Origin: the human T2T-CHM13v2.0 reference genome, Homo sapiens
Length of the DNA stretch: 64,000 bases
Assembly: GCF_009914755.1 (NCBI RefSeq)
Contig: NC_060940.1
Direction: 5' to 3' (one strand)
The notes under the pieces were generated by a model. The model saw only the letters and a list, made by a program, of their open reading frames with translations. It did not search any database and was not told the origin of the DNA. Positions within the stretch are counted from its first letter, which is position 1, and each line of letters begins with the position of its first letter. Positions 1 through 14,850 of the stretch are shown in pieces. A program made the translations under genes and the position numbers.

Positions 1-45
1 CCTGAAACCACAGAGGCCATTCAAATATTTAAAATGTATGTGTGA

Positions 46-270
<225 letters not shown>

Positions 271-960
271 TAAATGTATAACTGTAAAATGAACAAAGAG
301 CAGACCAACACGATTGTAATAACATCTCAACCACAACATAGTGGGAAAAAACTTTGAAGACACACAGGCTTGGGTTTGAATCCTGCATCTACCTTGCCTT
401 AGGCTAGGTCCCCAGAGGCAGTGCTTTCTGTGAGGATTTGTGGGAAAGATTTATTAGGAGGGTTTCCAGAGAAGATGGGCAGGGAAAAGGAAGAAGCCAG
501 GTAAGGGTGAGACATTGAGAAGTCCTCTGAAGATCACTTGGGCTTGATCACCCTGGGCGGACGTGGGGTGGTGTGGATCACTCATCAGAGCTGTGCCAAT
601 TGGAGACTAGAGAGCTGTAGTCTTTATGCCTTCACACCAGTCAATCATTAGTTAAGGGCAGTCACCCCTGTTCCCCCTTGGTTGTGGGCAGGAGGGGAGA
701 CTTAATTCCATGCACTTCTGGCACCATGTGGACACTGGCTGGCAAAGTGGGTTCTGGTCCTTTGGGGAAAGAATCGCAGGTGCTGGCTGCTGGGAGTCAA
801 AGTGCACCATGGATTGATGCACACAACAGTGGGAGGGTTCTGGGGGAATAGGATCTTATTTGCTGCATCTTTATTACTAGCTGTGTGGACAGCTGTGTAA
901 ACTTTGGTGCTCGGTTTTGGATTTTGGGACTCTGTTTTCTCCTCTGTAAATGGAAAATAA

Positions 961-961
961 T

Positions 962-992
<31 letters not shown>

Positions 993-1083
993 AACACACA
1001 CACACCCCTGCATATGTTATACTACTATAGATGGAGTTAGCAGATGAGAGAGAGAGAGAGAGGGAGAGAGAGAGAGAGAGAGA
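961..1083. repeat. (CA)n (961-1006) and (GA)n (1045-1083) microsatellites
   Basis: Directly visible. Confidence 0.95.
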
Positions 1084-3699
1084 ATGACTGTATTGGGGTG
1101 GTGAGGGGAAAGCTTGAGTAGTTAGGAAGAACATGAAGGAACAAAAAGAACAAAAGAAAACGTTGACAAACAGAGAGAAGAAGCATTCATGTATTCACTC
1201 AATAAATATTCATTGAGGGCCCAGTATGTGCCATGCATTTTCCAGAAGCAAAGGGGGAAGAAAATTTTAAGACCAGGAAATTACTGTCAAGCGATGGGAT
1301 CAAAATTCCTACTTTTCCTTCATCTTGGACACACATTCACTGGAGTTCCTTCCCCCTCTTCTGAGGTTACACGTTGTCCTTCTCAGCCTACCCTCTAAGC
1401 TTGGCAGGAGATGCACAGGTAACTTTAAGTTTCTATCCTCTGGCCTTTCATCCTGCCCCCTCCAGTCATCTCAAATATTGAGAACCGACTCAGCATCTAC
1501 TGTGTACAGAGCAGACACCTCAGGGCTTCATGGACCACTGGGGAAGACACGGCCACACCCAACTGTGGCTGTGTGATGGGGCACATAAGAAACCTCCAGG
1601 TTCATTCCCAAAGCGGATCCCAGGCAGACACAGGTCTTGTGTGTGGAGCTGGGGAAAGCTTGACAAAAAAAGAGGGACCTCGTTAAGAATCTAAAATTAG
1701 TTTTCTAGGGGGAAAGTGAGAAGGTATTCCAGCCTAATTGGTTAAGTAGCTACAACAAATACAGCTAGCACTCAATAAAGCTTGCTGCATTAGATAATTT
1801 TTAATTGAAAATTTCAAAACTGGATATATTGGAGAACGGATCCAGGAGGAGAAGTAAGATCTGTTTTCAGTGAAAATATTTTATGCTCACAAGAAAGTGT
1901 CTCACGTGAGTGATCATCCCTTCTTGCAATTACTGAACAGTCCAAATAAGGTTCTCAAGTTGAATACCATGGGTATCATCTTGGGGTTTGGACTCCTTTG
2001 GATTTCACGTTAGATTATTAAGATGGATAAACATTGACAGTGGACTAAGAGACTAAGAGAAATAACATCTCTGTGCTCTAACCTTTACATGCATTTTATA
2101 TTTGATTCTCACAACCCTAATAATTCACATTTGTAAACAAGGAAATGCGTCCAAAGTCACTGAGCTACTAAGTAGCCAAGATTGGACTAAACCCAGATCA
2201 GATCCATCTCTCACCAAAAGCCATCCTCTTAACCACTGTCATTAGAAGTGTTAGATCCATAGTTGGTATTAGACCACAAAGGTTACCCAGGATATAAAAC
2301 GTGTCCATTCAATCAACAAGTAAATATTGAACATCTGTTATGTGCCCATGACTCTGCTTAATACAGAGCTTGGCAATTGATTGGGTGTAGAAGATGCTTA
2401 TGAGGGATGATGAAATAAGAGTACCATACACAGGGCTAGGGATGTTTGCAGAGGGTGATGATTTGAGACATGCCATGTGCTAAGCTTGACTTCAGAACTG
2501 AGTCTGAGAGCAGTGAAGGGTAGTTCAAGTGAAGTGTCACTGGAAATTGGAAATAATGAAATAGAACTTGGTTAGATTTGTAGATAGATGCTGGAGAAGC
2601 ATGAGCAACAAAGTGATGGTGGATGTTGAAAGGATGGCCCTTAGTGAGTCTATAATTCAGTCTACCAGATGATTTTTACATGAACAAATGTCCCCACTTA
2701 TCATGCGGTTTAAGTTTTACCTTTACCTACTACAGGGAAGCATAAAAAAGGTTTTGATAACCCGGGTAATTTTGTGAAAGTTTGAACAATGATTGTATCA
2801 GGCATTATAGATGGAGTGTTTTGACTGGGGAGTATTCTGACTGCATGGAAATCCATGCCAACTATACTGCAAGCGGCTTGAAGGCAGGAACCAGGTCTCT
2901 TTTTATGACCATGTGCCTCTTCTCAGTCTCTCAGCACGTTAGGCCTAACACAGTGTTAATGAGCGAATGCACAGTGAGTGAACCAACCATGTGGGTGAAA
3001 CGTCCTCTCCTTTTCATGGTCGTTAGTTGGACACAATAGGATTGTCCCAATCTGCCCACTCACTTAGGTACTTACCTTTGCTGTTCTTTTTGCTGGGGTC
3101 ATTTGCATAAAAAGGGCAGAGTGACATGGCTGAGCTGTTGGAAGCTCCATTGTTCTGTAGTGACTTAATTGTTGGCTTGCCCTGGACAAGGCTTTATGCT
3201 GATTTGGTTCTAAGCGTGCTCCTGCTTACCCAGGATGTGGCACAAATAGAACATCCACTGGCTTCCACCAGTCTGCTGAAACTGCTCTCTAAGTGTCACT
3301 GGTGTCCTTCTAATCACCAGAGCTTGACTTCTGCTCCAGCACTGCCGACCATACTTTCTTTCTTTTCATGGCCTCGTTAGCCTTGCAGGAACTGCATTTC
3401 CATGCTTCTTTGTCCTTTGACTATTCCGGGTTCTTCCTACACTTCCTCCAAGGTAATCTCTGACTCTGTCTTTACTCCACCTTCTTATATGGCTGCATTC
3501 TCTACCCAGCAGCAAAGTCATACCTGCTCCTGTGGTATCAATTATCTCCTCTGAGAGAGGATTGGCAAATCGTGGTTTTGTATACCTGACATTCTTCTGA
3601 GCTCCTGACTCATATTTCCAGAATTTTAGCCTGAAACTTTAAATTTGGCATGTTTTAAAAAAAATTTATCATCTCCTCTTGTGATCCTTTTCCCTTTCT

Positions 3700-4110
3700 T
3701 TTCTTTTCTTTTTTTTTTTTTTAATTTTTTATGCACAGAGTCTCGCTCTGTCACCCAGGCTGGAGTGCAGTGGTGCGATCTTGGTTCACTGCAATCTCTG
3801 CCTTCCAGGTTCAAGCAATTCTCCTTGCCTCAGCCTCCCGAGTAGCTGGGATTACAGGGGCCCACAACCATGCCTAGCCAATTTTTGTATTTTTTAGTAG
3901 AGAGGGGGTTACGCCATTTTGACCAGGCTGGGCTTGAACACCTGACCTCAAGTGATCTTCCCGCCTCAGCCTCCCAAAGCGCTGGGATTACAGGCATGAG
4001 TCACCACGCCCAGCCTCCCACAGTGCTAGGATGACAGGCGTGAGCCACCACGCCCAGCCTCCCAAAGTGCTGGGATGACAGGCGTGAGCCAGAACTATCG
4101 CACTTGGCCT
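3700..4110 (-). mobile_element. AluS with triplicated 44-bp 5' segment
   Basis: Alu consensus; tandem units at 3967-4090. Confidence 0.92.
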
Positions 4111-4287
4111 CAGTGTCTAAAACTTGGTGGAGGGTGGTAAGTTCCATGCAAACTGGAGCACATACCTCATGACTAGAGAAGGCAGCTGCTTCCTATTTCC
4201 AGTCAATTATTGCCACTTTGCCATTTTTGTGGTATTTAAGAGGAAATAGAAAATTGTGGATCTTTGTGTGTGAAATCTCCCATTTAA

Positions 4288-4692
<405 letters not shown>

Positions 4693-5113
4693 TAGCTTCC
4701 AACTTCTGCTCTGGTTCCTGCAGAGAGGAGCAGGCAGAGAAGAAACTTTTCTCTTGCTTATGCAGTTGCATCTCTTGACATCATTTCTGTGGGTTACTTT
4801 GCTGTCAGGGCCTCTGTCTTCTTATTCAGGCTATCACAGACTCCTTCAAGGAAGGATGAGGGGAGAAAGAAGCTCGTCTTGGGCCAAGCTTTTCCCTAGT
4901 GGAGCACATAGAGCTTTGAGGCTTCCATGTTCCCTCCCATTAGCAAGTGCAATGTGGGGACTGGGGCTCCCCAGGCAGGATCTGGCCACATGCAAGGGGT
5001 CTCCCCTGGCCTGCCCTCCTTGTTTCAGGTCACTTGTGATATTGGGGGGAAAGGGGTGAGCAGCCAAGAACAGATCATTCAGCCACTTTAGGGTTTATAA
5101 AAATCATATAGAT

Positions 5114-5429
<316 letters not shown>

Positions 5430-5964
5430 TAGATAAACTTTATTTCAGACCCAACCATTTCCCAACACCTGAACACCATTTTCAGGATCATCCCATTTCA
5501 TCCACTGGGGTTTTGAATAATCCCAGTGACAGGGAGTTGACCCCCTATTGGTGGAAGTTATTTCATTTTTATACAATGCTAATGGTTGTAAATATCTTCC
5601 TTATAATGAGCGAACTATTCTTCCCTTGAAGTTAACTCTGCTCTTGGAAGTCACATAATCTAATTAAAGTATTATTTTGCATGATTGCCCTTGAAACATG
5701 TGGACTGCATCATATCAGAGTCAAATCTTCTTTGAACTAAATCTTCTCATTCCTTTTACCATTCCTCCCATGGCCTAGTTTCCAGAACGTTCATCATTCT
5801 ATTTAGCCTCCTCTGAACCATTTCCAGTTTCTTTCTTGACATTCCTCTGAGCTGTTGACTCAGAGTTAATATCACATACCATCTTGGTATGAGCAACACA
5901 AACCCAGCTGGAACTAAATGAGGTGAAATTAAATCAGAACAGATGCAGGGTTCTTCACCACATG

Positions 5965-6455
5965 CTGTTGCTTTGTTTGGTGGGGTCAGTCCCTAAACAG
6001 AATTTCCCCTGAATTCTGAACCAATGGAGAAATGAGACAGGGGGCTTAAGACATCAGCTTTATTCCTGATAGATGCATTGGAGCACGGGTCTTAGGCATG
6101 TGGTAATAACGGTGCTCAGCCAAGGCAAGGTCGAAAAGTCTCAGGCCTCACCCACAGATGGGGCCTGGGCTGGGCAGCTGGGCTTAGCACAGGTGTTTAT
6201 AGGCTGGGAGGTTGGAAGGAAGAGACAATAGGGTCCACGTGAGGGTCTGGCCTCTTGGATTTTCTCCTCTCCTTCTCAGTCCTGATCATTTCCTCCGAGT
6301 TGTCATTTGGTTCTCCTGCTAGAGAGAGAAAAGACCTTTGCACCAGGCAAAATGTTCATGTCCAATTCTTTCTGCCAAACTCACCAATCAGATACTTTGC
6401 TCCACCTCCCTGGGGGGAGGAGGGTAGAGGAGCCAGAGGGGCCAGGAACGTCACA
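5965..6455 (-). mobile_element. Old solo-LTR-like element (family not determined)
   Basis: TG...CA ends; on - strand TATAAA (6201-6196) then AATAAA (6064-6059); partial second copy at 7561-7796. Confidence 0.55.
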
Positions 6456-6523
6456 CTGAAAGCTATCCCTCCATATTGCAGACAGCATAGGAAGTGGGGA
6501 AGAAGTGTTCCCCTGTCACACTA

Positions 6524-6874
<351 letters not shown>

Positions 6875-8150
6875 TCAACTCTCTGAATAGCGGATGCTGT
6901 GTCTAAACTGCAAACTGCAGCTGGTATGAAAATGGTCCAGGGAGGTTTGACTGTGAACTTAAATGGGGTCAGCACTGGGCTGTTTACCCCCAGTGAGCCC
7001 CCCATCCATCTTAAGCTTCCCTCTTAAGATATACAGTATCTAAATGAAGATATTAGACTACTCACTAGTTCTGCACTCATGAGAAAGCTGCTTCACCTCT
7101 ATGAGGTTAATTTTTCTCACATATAAAGTGGAATCATGATTGATATCTCTTCTAAGTATTAAGCAAGATTGTGAATATATATTGCTGCCTGATACATAGT
7201 AGCTGCTTTATAAAATATAATGATTTTTACCTATTTTCTATCTTTTCCAGTTCAGTAATCCCCTTGGCAAAGGAGACAAAAGGAATATAGGCGATGAGAG
7301 TTCTGCCTTCTGGGCCATTCATTAATGTGCCTCATCAGCCTCATACAATAGTGCCCTGCTCCTTTGTTCTTTTGCACTCTGACTGTTTCTTGGCTAGCAA
7401 GCCCTCTTTTTGTAGCAGACTTGCTTTGCAGGTCTCAGCTTAATCCCAGTTTTCACTGACAGATGCTTCTCCAGTGTTGAGACCCTTGGCTCTGTGCTGT
7501 CTAACTTTGGTTCATGCCCTTTTAAGCTCTGACCTCTTTGAGAGCTTCTGCTGGGACCACTCTAGCCTCTTGTGTTTTCTCTCCTGATTCTTCTCAGTCC
7601 TGATAATTTACCCTGAGCTGTCTTTTTGGTTCTTCTGTTACAGAGAGTCTTTGGGAGGTGCTGGACTGTGAAGACCTTTGCTCTAGGCAAACTGTTCACC
7701 TGTTGCATTGCCTCCTGAGTCCCCATCTCTCTATGAGGCAGGGCATTACCTCTTAGGTGGGGAGCGAAGGGTGCTGACTGGGAGCAGGATGTGTGATTGA
7801 TGTGAGCCGTGGCTGGGGCCGAAGCTGGTTGTTTTCACAGCTCATGTTTTCAGTACCAATTGCCTACTATGCACGCTCGAGATACAGTGTGGAGCAAAAA
7901 CAGAATAAGGCCCTGCCTCATGAAGCTTAATTCTAGCGGAGGAAGACATAACACAACAAACCAATGAATGGATAAGATGATCTCGGTGCCACAAAACCCT
8001 CATGGCCAGGACAGTGGTGTGACTGTGCTGTTGAGAGCCACCTTGTATCAGAGGCTTCCTATGTGTCAGATACTGTAAGGAGCACTTTCCATGCCTAATT
8101 TCATTTAATTCTCACAAACGCCTTATAAGATAATTTAAAAAAATATTATG

Positions 8151-8400
8151 GGCCAGGCACGGTGGCTCACGCCTGTAATCCCAGCACTTTGGGAGGCTGA
8201 CACAGGCAGATCACTTGAGCCCGGGAGTTCAACACTAGACTGAGGAACATGGTAAAACCCCATATCTACCAAAAATACAAAAATTAGACGGGCATGGTGG
8301 TGGGCACCTGTAATCCCAGCTACTCGGGGAGGCTGAGCCAGGAGGATCGCTTGAACCTGGGAGTCAGATGTTGCAGTGAGCTGATAATGGAAAAAAAAAA
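8151..8400 (+). mobile_element. Alu lacking the last ~40 nt of the right arm
   Basis: Alu consensus ends at ...ttgcagtgagctgataatgg, then A run. Confidence 0.9.
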
Positions 8401-10854
8401 ATCATGAAAATCTTTAAGTGTACACAAGAGGAGCCAATGTACACAGTATACTCAATACCCCTATTCTAGAGTGATCATGGTCCAGATACTGATGAAATGG
8501 TTTTTATTATTAACCCCACTCAACGATGAAGAAATTGAGGTTTTTCAAGAGTTTACATAACTAAGGCCAAGTGACAAATAAGTAATTGGCAGTGCTGGAA
8601 TTCAAATGCAGGTCTTTTAGCTCAAGAAGATAATATAAGCAGTGCAAAAAGGTAGATGGCAAGTGTGCTCCCCTTGAGGGAAAGGGGTATTGGCTGCCAT
8701 CTTTTTCAGACCTGCTCAGCTGACCCAAGCACCTTCCGCATTCAGACACAGAATCTTATGCAAAGCTGACTTTCATTCCTTAAGAAAGAGAACTCCTTAC
8801 CCCATAGCACCAGAGAACACTAAAGACTGAACAGCCAGGAACTTCCTGATCTCCCTCCATTAGCAGGGGTGGCACTTCTCCAGTGAGCAATCATAAGTGC
8901 TCTGTGCTCATGAAGCTTGTCACTGTTTTCCAAATATTCCCAGTCATGCCCGGGGTTTGTTACCTGGCTACCTTTAGATTACTACTTCAGAACCTACCTG
9001 GTATGTTGTTAAAGAATGAAGTTTAGGGAAGAGCTAGAGAAGAAGACAATGGCATAGGAGGGTTTTAAAAAAGAACTCTGATTAGCAGTGTGGAAAGGGG
9101 ATTAGAATCCATTCATTCGTTATTTCACCAACACTTATTGAGCAACTCTGTGCCTGGTACTGGGAATATAGTGGCAAATAGTATGCGTTCATGACATTGA
9201 ATCAACTTGCAGTATAGAGGAGCAGGTAGGCAAGAAGCCAGTATATTGCAGGACAGTATAATGTGTGAGAGTTCAGAGAAGTGGGCAGAAGTGAGAAGAG
9301 GCAAGAGGATGTAGGAGACTGGGGTAGAGGCCATGAGTTGGAAGGGCAAGCAGCCAACTGGAGGGACTTTATGAAGGAAGCCCTGTAGGACTTGCTGTCT
9401 TATTGGACCTAGGCAGAGAAGAAAAGGAGAGACCCACTGCACATTGGACTCTCCCTATCATGGCTCTCATCATATGCCCTTTCTGATTCTTCTTTTGACT
9501 GCCTGGATTTCCAGATGGACCATGAGCTCCATGCAGGGAGGCACTATGGCCCCAGTGAAAAACATGGTGTCCACAACAGGCTCAAGGAATGAATGCATAG
9601 ACAAAGGAACGTAGAGAATGATTCTGAGGGTCTGAGGGTGATTTTTACAATGAAGAGAAACCATAGGTCTTGCGAGACTGAGGAAGAGGAGCTGACTTTG
9701 CGAAAAATATTATATCTTTTGTTTGAGACATGTTGAATTTGACATGCCAAGGTTGTATTCAGGTGGTGGTGTCCAAATTAAATTGGAGAAATGAGGCTAA
9801 AATACAAGAAACAGCCCAAGATGGAAGATAAAATTAGATTAATCTTCCACATAGGTAGGACAAATGAAGCTCTGAAACCTAAAAAGATATCTGAGAGACG
9901 AGTGTAGACAGAGATTAGGACAGGGCACTGGGTGGTGGGGTCCACTCATACCTATAGGATAGGAGGTGGAAGGGAGACCTGGGTGGTGTAGGGTTCCAAG
10001 GAAAATAGTTACAAACAACATCCAGTATGGAGGAGAGAGAAAATGAGATGAGCTGATAGCTCTGCTTTCACTGCCTTGGGGATACCGATTAGAGAGAATT
10101 CTTTCAGGAAAGGGTACAGGAAGGAGTCCCAGTGCAAAGGCAGCAAGGAGATGATGTTAGTGAGCAACTCTGAAAATTTGAGAATTTTGGTGGAAAAGGG
10201 AAGGAGAAGATGGGGAATTAGCTCCAGGGAACATGAAGATCAAAAGAAAAAGTTTGGTGGAAGAGAGAAATTTGGGGAGTGATTTGGAGACCCAGAAGGA
10301 AGGACTTGAAGAAGAGACATTAATAGTACAAAAAGGATTGTGATAACTGATGAACTAGGAGGCTGTTGCTTAAGAGATAAAGAAAAAGTGGACACTATAG
10401 ACATCGCAGCTTTTGTTCTAGTTTGCAAGGCTAATATGACATGTTATTGGTTAGAAAGGCAATTTACTTATATAGGAAATCTTCAATTGTTTGTGGTGCC
10501 AGTGTTGGTTATAGGGTAGTTGTATAAGATGTGACAATGTACTGCTTGTAGTCAGTAGAATAGTTATGAGAATAAAATGAAATGAGCATGCCAAATGCTT
10601 AGTGTTGAGCCTGGCTGCATAGTACACAAACAGTGAATGCTGCTGTAGGAAATCAAAGAAGACAAAGGACAATAAAGTAACCAGAGAACGCATTATGATG
10701 AAAATAATCCTGGCTACTTTCTGGGCTGGAACAGGTAGTCCCATGTTGAGCTTATATGTTTCTGTTCAATTACATCTCTCCTGTTTATGACCCTTTCATA
10801 TTCTTTATCAGCATTCTCTGTGACTATTTATTTAATATACTCTTCCCTCTCAAG

Positions 10855-11082
10855 CAATTGTTCTTTACTGGGAGCAATTTGGTTACCTAGGGGAATATTT
10901 GGCAATTCTGGAGATATTTTTGGTTGTCAAAACCTATAGGGTAGCGGGGAGTGACAACATGCTACAGGTATTGAGTGTTGAGGCCAGGATGCCACTGAAC
11001 ATTCTATAATGCAAAGGACAGCCCCTACCACAAAAAATTTACCTGACCTCAAATGTCAATAGCTCTGAAGTTGAGATACTTT
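10855..11082 (+). mobile_element. MER20 (hAT-Charlie DNA transposon) copy 1
   Basis: gggaatatttggcaattctggagatatttttggttgtca...aaatgtcaatagctctgaagttgaga matches MER20 consensus. Confidence 0.85.
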
Positions 11083-12534
11083 CTCCTAGATGACGGGTCA
11101 TGTCATTCATGTGCATCATGGTTTCCCCAAGTGCCAGGTACAAAGCAAGTCACATGATGGGTGCCCCATAATAATAAAGGGAATGGAGATTTAACTGCAC
11201 CTTGAAGAATAGGCCAGGTCTGAATATATCTCCTGCTTTGAGTACAAGGTGTCAGAAGATGCTGTGAGCATTTCGGAAAGAAAGTTCACAAGAGAGATTG
11301 CAAACATTCTGGCTCCCAAAGAATGAAAGAGAGGAAACAGCCCTGGGGCTTTATCAGGAGACTGACATTCCCATAAACAAGAGAGTCTTGGAACAAAAGG
11401 TCTGGAACTGCAGGTAATACAAGAACACCCAAGACTACAAGCAGTTCATTGTTTTTACAGATAGACTTCAGCCAACCACTGAAGCAGCAGAGATGGAATT
11501 TTTAAATAGACACAAACTAGAGACAGTTCCTTTGGTAAGGCACAAAGGTGAGGCTTCTCAGCCCCATAGTGGGGCTGCATGCATACAGAGAAGGTCTCCA
11601 CCTCGGGACAGCTTCTTGAATCCGGTGGATATCAACTGTCACTGTGTGTCAGAATCACCTTGGGGCTTTTAAAAAATAATGATGCTTGGGCACCCACTCC
11701 CAGAGCTCAAGTTTACCTGATCTAAGGCATGTGCCTGGGCATTGGTGTTTCTTTAGAGCGCCTCCGTCCCAGGTGAAGCTAATGGATAGCCAGCCCTACT
11801 TTACAAATGAACCACAGCTCAAAATCTTGTATAAACAATTTCTCTCTCCAACACCTTATGTACTCAGTTCCACTGGATGTCTTGCGCTTTATATGCTTGA
11901 AACTGAGTTCTTGATTTGGGACCCTTCCCTACCTGGCCCTTGCTCAGGGTTCCCCATCTTGGTGAGCTGCACTACCCAGCATTCTGTAGTGACCAGAATC
12001 CCAAGAACTCCCCTTCATTCTCATTTCTCTGCCCATCTTCTCCCCTGCCCGCCCATATACAATTCGTTCTCGGTGCTGAGGCTATTACTTTCCAACTGCA
12101 CCTAGATATGTCCACGGCTCGTCACCTCCCCTGCTTCTGATGTAGTCAAAGCTACCGTCATTTGTTCTAGGGCTACTCCCTGGCCTCTGGGATTCCACTT
12201 TTGTCTCTTTAAGTTGTTCTCTGCAGAGTAGGTTGAGTGTCTTTTTCTGGCTTAAGACCCATCAAAGGCTTTCTGCTGTAGAGAATTCAAACCCAAACTT
12301 TTGCCCAAGACCAGAAGGCCCTGTGGAATCCGAGCCCCCAGATCCCACACCTCTCTCCCCTGCTAGTTAGCTTGAAGCACCAAGCTCTAAAGTCTTTCCA
12401 TTTACTGTTCTTTTCACCGGGAATGCTTTTTCCTCCACCCTTTACAGGCTGGCTTCTTCTTCACCTTCATGTCTTAGTCTAAGACATGACAATTAACTGC
12501 TTGTAGTCATGCTTTTGTTTTGTTTTTGTTTTTG

Positions 12535-12733
12535 TTTTTAAATCTTGGCACTATTGACATTTGGGGCTGGAAAATTTCTTTGTCGTTGGAACTTTTCTGT
12601 ACATTATAGGATGTTTAGTCTCTACTCACTGGATGACACAATAATCTGCTCCCCAGTTGTGATAAGAAAAAATGTCTCTAGACAATGCCAAATGCCTCAT
12701 GAGGACAAAATCCCTGCCAACTGATAACTACTA
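12535..12733 (-). mobile_element. MER20 copy 2
   Basis: cttggcactattgacatttgggg...aaaatgtctctagacaatgccaaatg. Confidence 0.85.
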
Positions 12734-13097
12734 GCTTAAATATTAACTTCTTGAACAGGTATTCTCTGTTCTCCAGGCTTTAAGTCTCCAGGTGTATTTC
12801 TCAATCTTCATATCCTATTTGTTACTTTCATAGAACTTTTCTCACCTTGAAATTGAATATTTATCTAGTAAATATCTGTGTCATAGTCCCACTAGACTAT
12901 CTTGACTATTTCATTCAATTCTGTAATGATAGCATTGCGTACGGCTCCTGGTATGCAGTAGATGCTTAATAAACTTCTGTTGAAGAAATGCATGCACGCA
13001 TGAATGAATGCATGAGCAAACAAAGACTGCTAGGCAGGCAAGTGCCTTCCCGCCAGGGTTAGAGAGATTATCTAGCAGTGCAAAAAGACCATGGACT

Positions 13098-13456
13098 AAA
13101 AAGGAATGAGATAATGCCCCTTGCAGAGACATGGATGAAGCTGGAAGCCATCATCCTCAGCAAACTAACACAGGAACAGAAAACCAAGTACCGCATGTTC
13201 TCACTCATAAGTGGGAACTGAACTATGAGAACATAGGGACACAGAGAGAGTAACAGCACACATCGGGGCCTATTGGGGTGGGGGTGAGGGTGAGGGGAGG
13301 GGAAGTATCAGGACAAATAGCTAATGCATGCAGGGCTTAACACTAGGGTGACGAGTTGATAGGTGAAGCAAACCACCATGCCACACATACAGCTATGTAA
13401 CAAACCTGTAAGTTCTGCACATGTATCCCGGAATTTAAAGTAAAATAAAAAAAGAA
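13098..13456 (+). mobile_element. L1PA 3' end (5'-truncated)
   Basis: L1 3' UTR with G-tract and A tail; TSD aaaaaga(c/g)catggact. Confidence 0.9.
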
Positions 13457-14486
13457 AAAAAGAGCATGGACTTCGGAATCGTTAGTTGCAGCTTCTCAGC
13501 TCTGCCAGCTTCTTGCTGTGTGACCTGGGTCAGAAAATTAACATCTCAGAGCCTCAGATTACTAATCTGTAAAATGGGGATACTACTTTTGAGAGTTTGC
13601 TTAACTGTGTAATCTTCCCTGCTCTCTCCCAGACCCCACGGGCTTTGGATGCTTCTTCATGTGCCCTTGGCACCTGGTGCAGGTCTCTATCAAGGGCTCA
13701 CCGTCACCAAGGATAGGATCACACTGTGCCGTCAGTGCCTTATACAGAGCCAACCACATCATAGGTGCTCAGGAAATAATGTCTGTGCGGTGTATGACCA
13801 GGAATCAAGTCGTATCCGAGATTTGAGGTCTTGTAGGTAGTTTGCTGAGACTATTCTTATACGGGTTGGTCCCTGGAAAAATGAGCAATCCCAGGTCCTT
13901 CCTTGGTGGGCTGTGGGAATGGGGAGGCTGTGCCCCTCTCTGTTGTTCAGGTGGGCATTCTCGTTTGCCAAAAATTGAGAAGCTACGCCTGGATCCTCTT
14001 ACCTCTTTTTCTGTTTTGGTCTTCTGCCCAGGCCTTTGCAAATAATGAATTTAACAAAGATGTTGTCTGAGTGTCTCTTAGACCCAGGGAACTGAGTATG
14101 GGCAGCTGTTCCTCCTTGGTCAGAGCAAGCGAACTGTCATGTATCCAAATGTTTCTAGCGAGAGGGTCCTGTGAATGGAATTGTCAGTGAGTTCTAGTTT
14201 GCTCATAGCATGAGTCTCCCTCAGGGAGCAACCCTTGAGGTTTTCTACCTGCTCAGAAACTCTCTAGAGAAGGCTACACCCTGGGCATGCATTTCCCTTG
14301 AACTAGCTTTTCCTAGTCCCACTAGGAGAGTAAATGACAAAGCTGGGCCCTGAATCTAGGTCTTGCCCATCTCTCTATTTTTTTATGCTCAAAACTCACA
14401 ATCCAGGGAAAAATATCCTTTCTCTTAGCTTGGGCAGTGTTGGGCAGTCTACTGAAGATCACATGTAGTAGGAGACAGGTAGTTCA

Positions 14487-14850
14487 CTTTATTGGTCTCC
14501 TGGAACTGCTGTAAAAAAGCATAACAGACTGGGTGCCTTAAAACAGCAGAAATTTATTCACTCACATTTCTGGAGGCTGAAAAACTGAAGAGCATGGTAC
14601 TGGCATTGCTCTTTCTTTCTGCATCATAACATGGTGGAGGGCATCATATAGCAAGAGGGCAAGAGCATGCCAGCTTAGGTCTCTCTTCCTCTTCTTATAA
14701 AGCCACCAGCCCCTCTTGGGGGCCCCATTATGACCTTATCTAGACCTAATTACCTCCCAAAGGCTCCACCTCTCAATGCCATCAACATATGAATTTGGGG
14801 ATTAAGTTTACTACACATGAAATTTGGGGAACACATTCCAACTATAGCAC
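14487..14850 (-). mobile_element. MaLR LTR (MLT1A/MST-type)
   Basis: cagaaatttatt...tctggaggctg...aatttgggggaacacattc pattern. Confidence 0.75.

Noticed and set aside
3967-4090. CRISPR-like repeat array
   Set aside because: Head-to-tail Alu-derived units with no spacers, in human DNA
13610-13840. Possible cryptic sense exon after cttccctgctctctcccag
   Set aside because: Good acceptor but no convincing donor or other support
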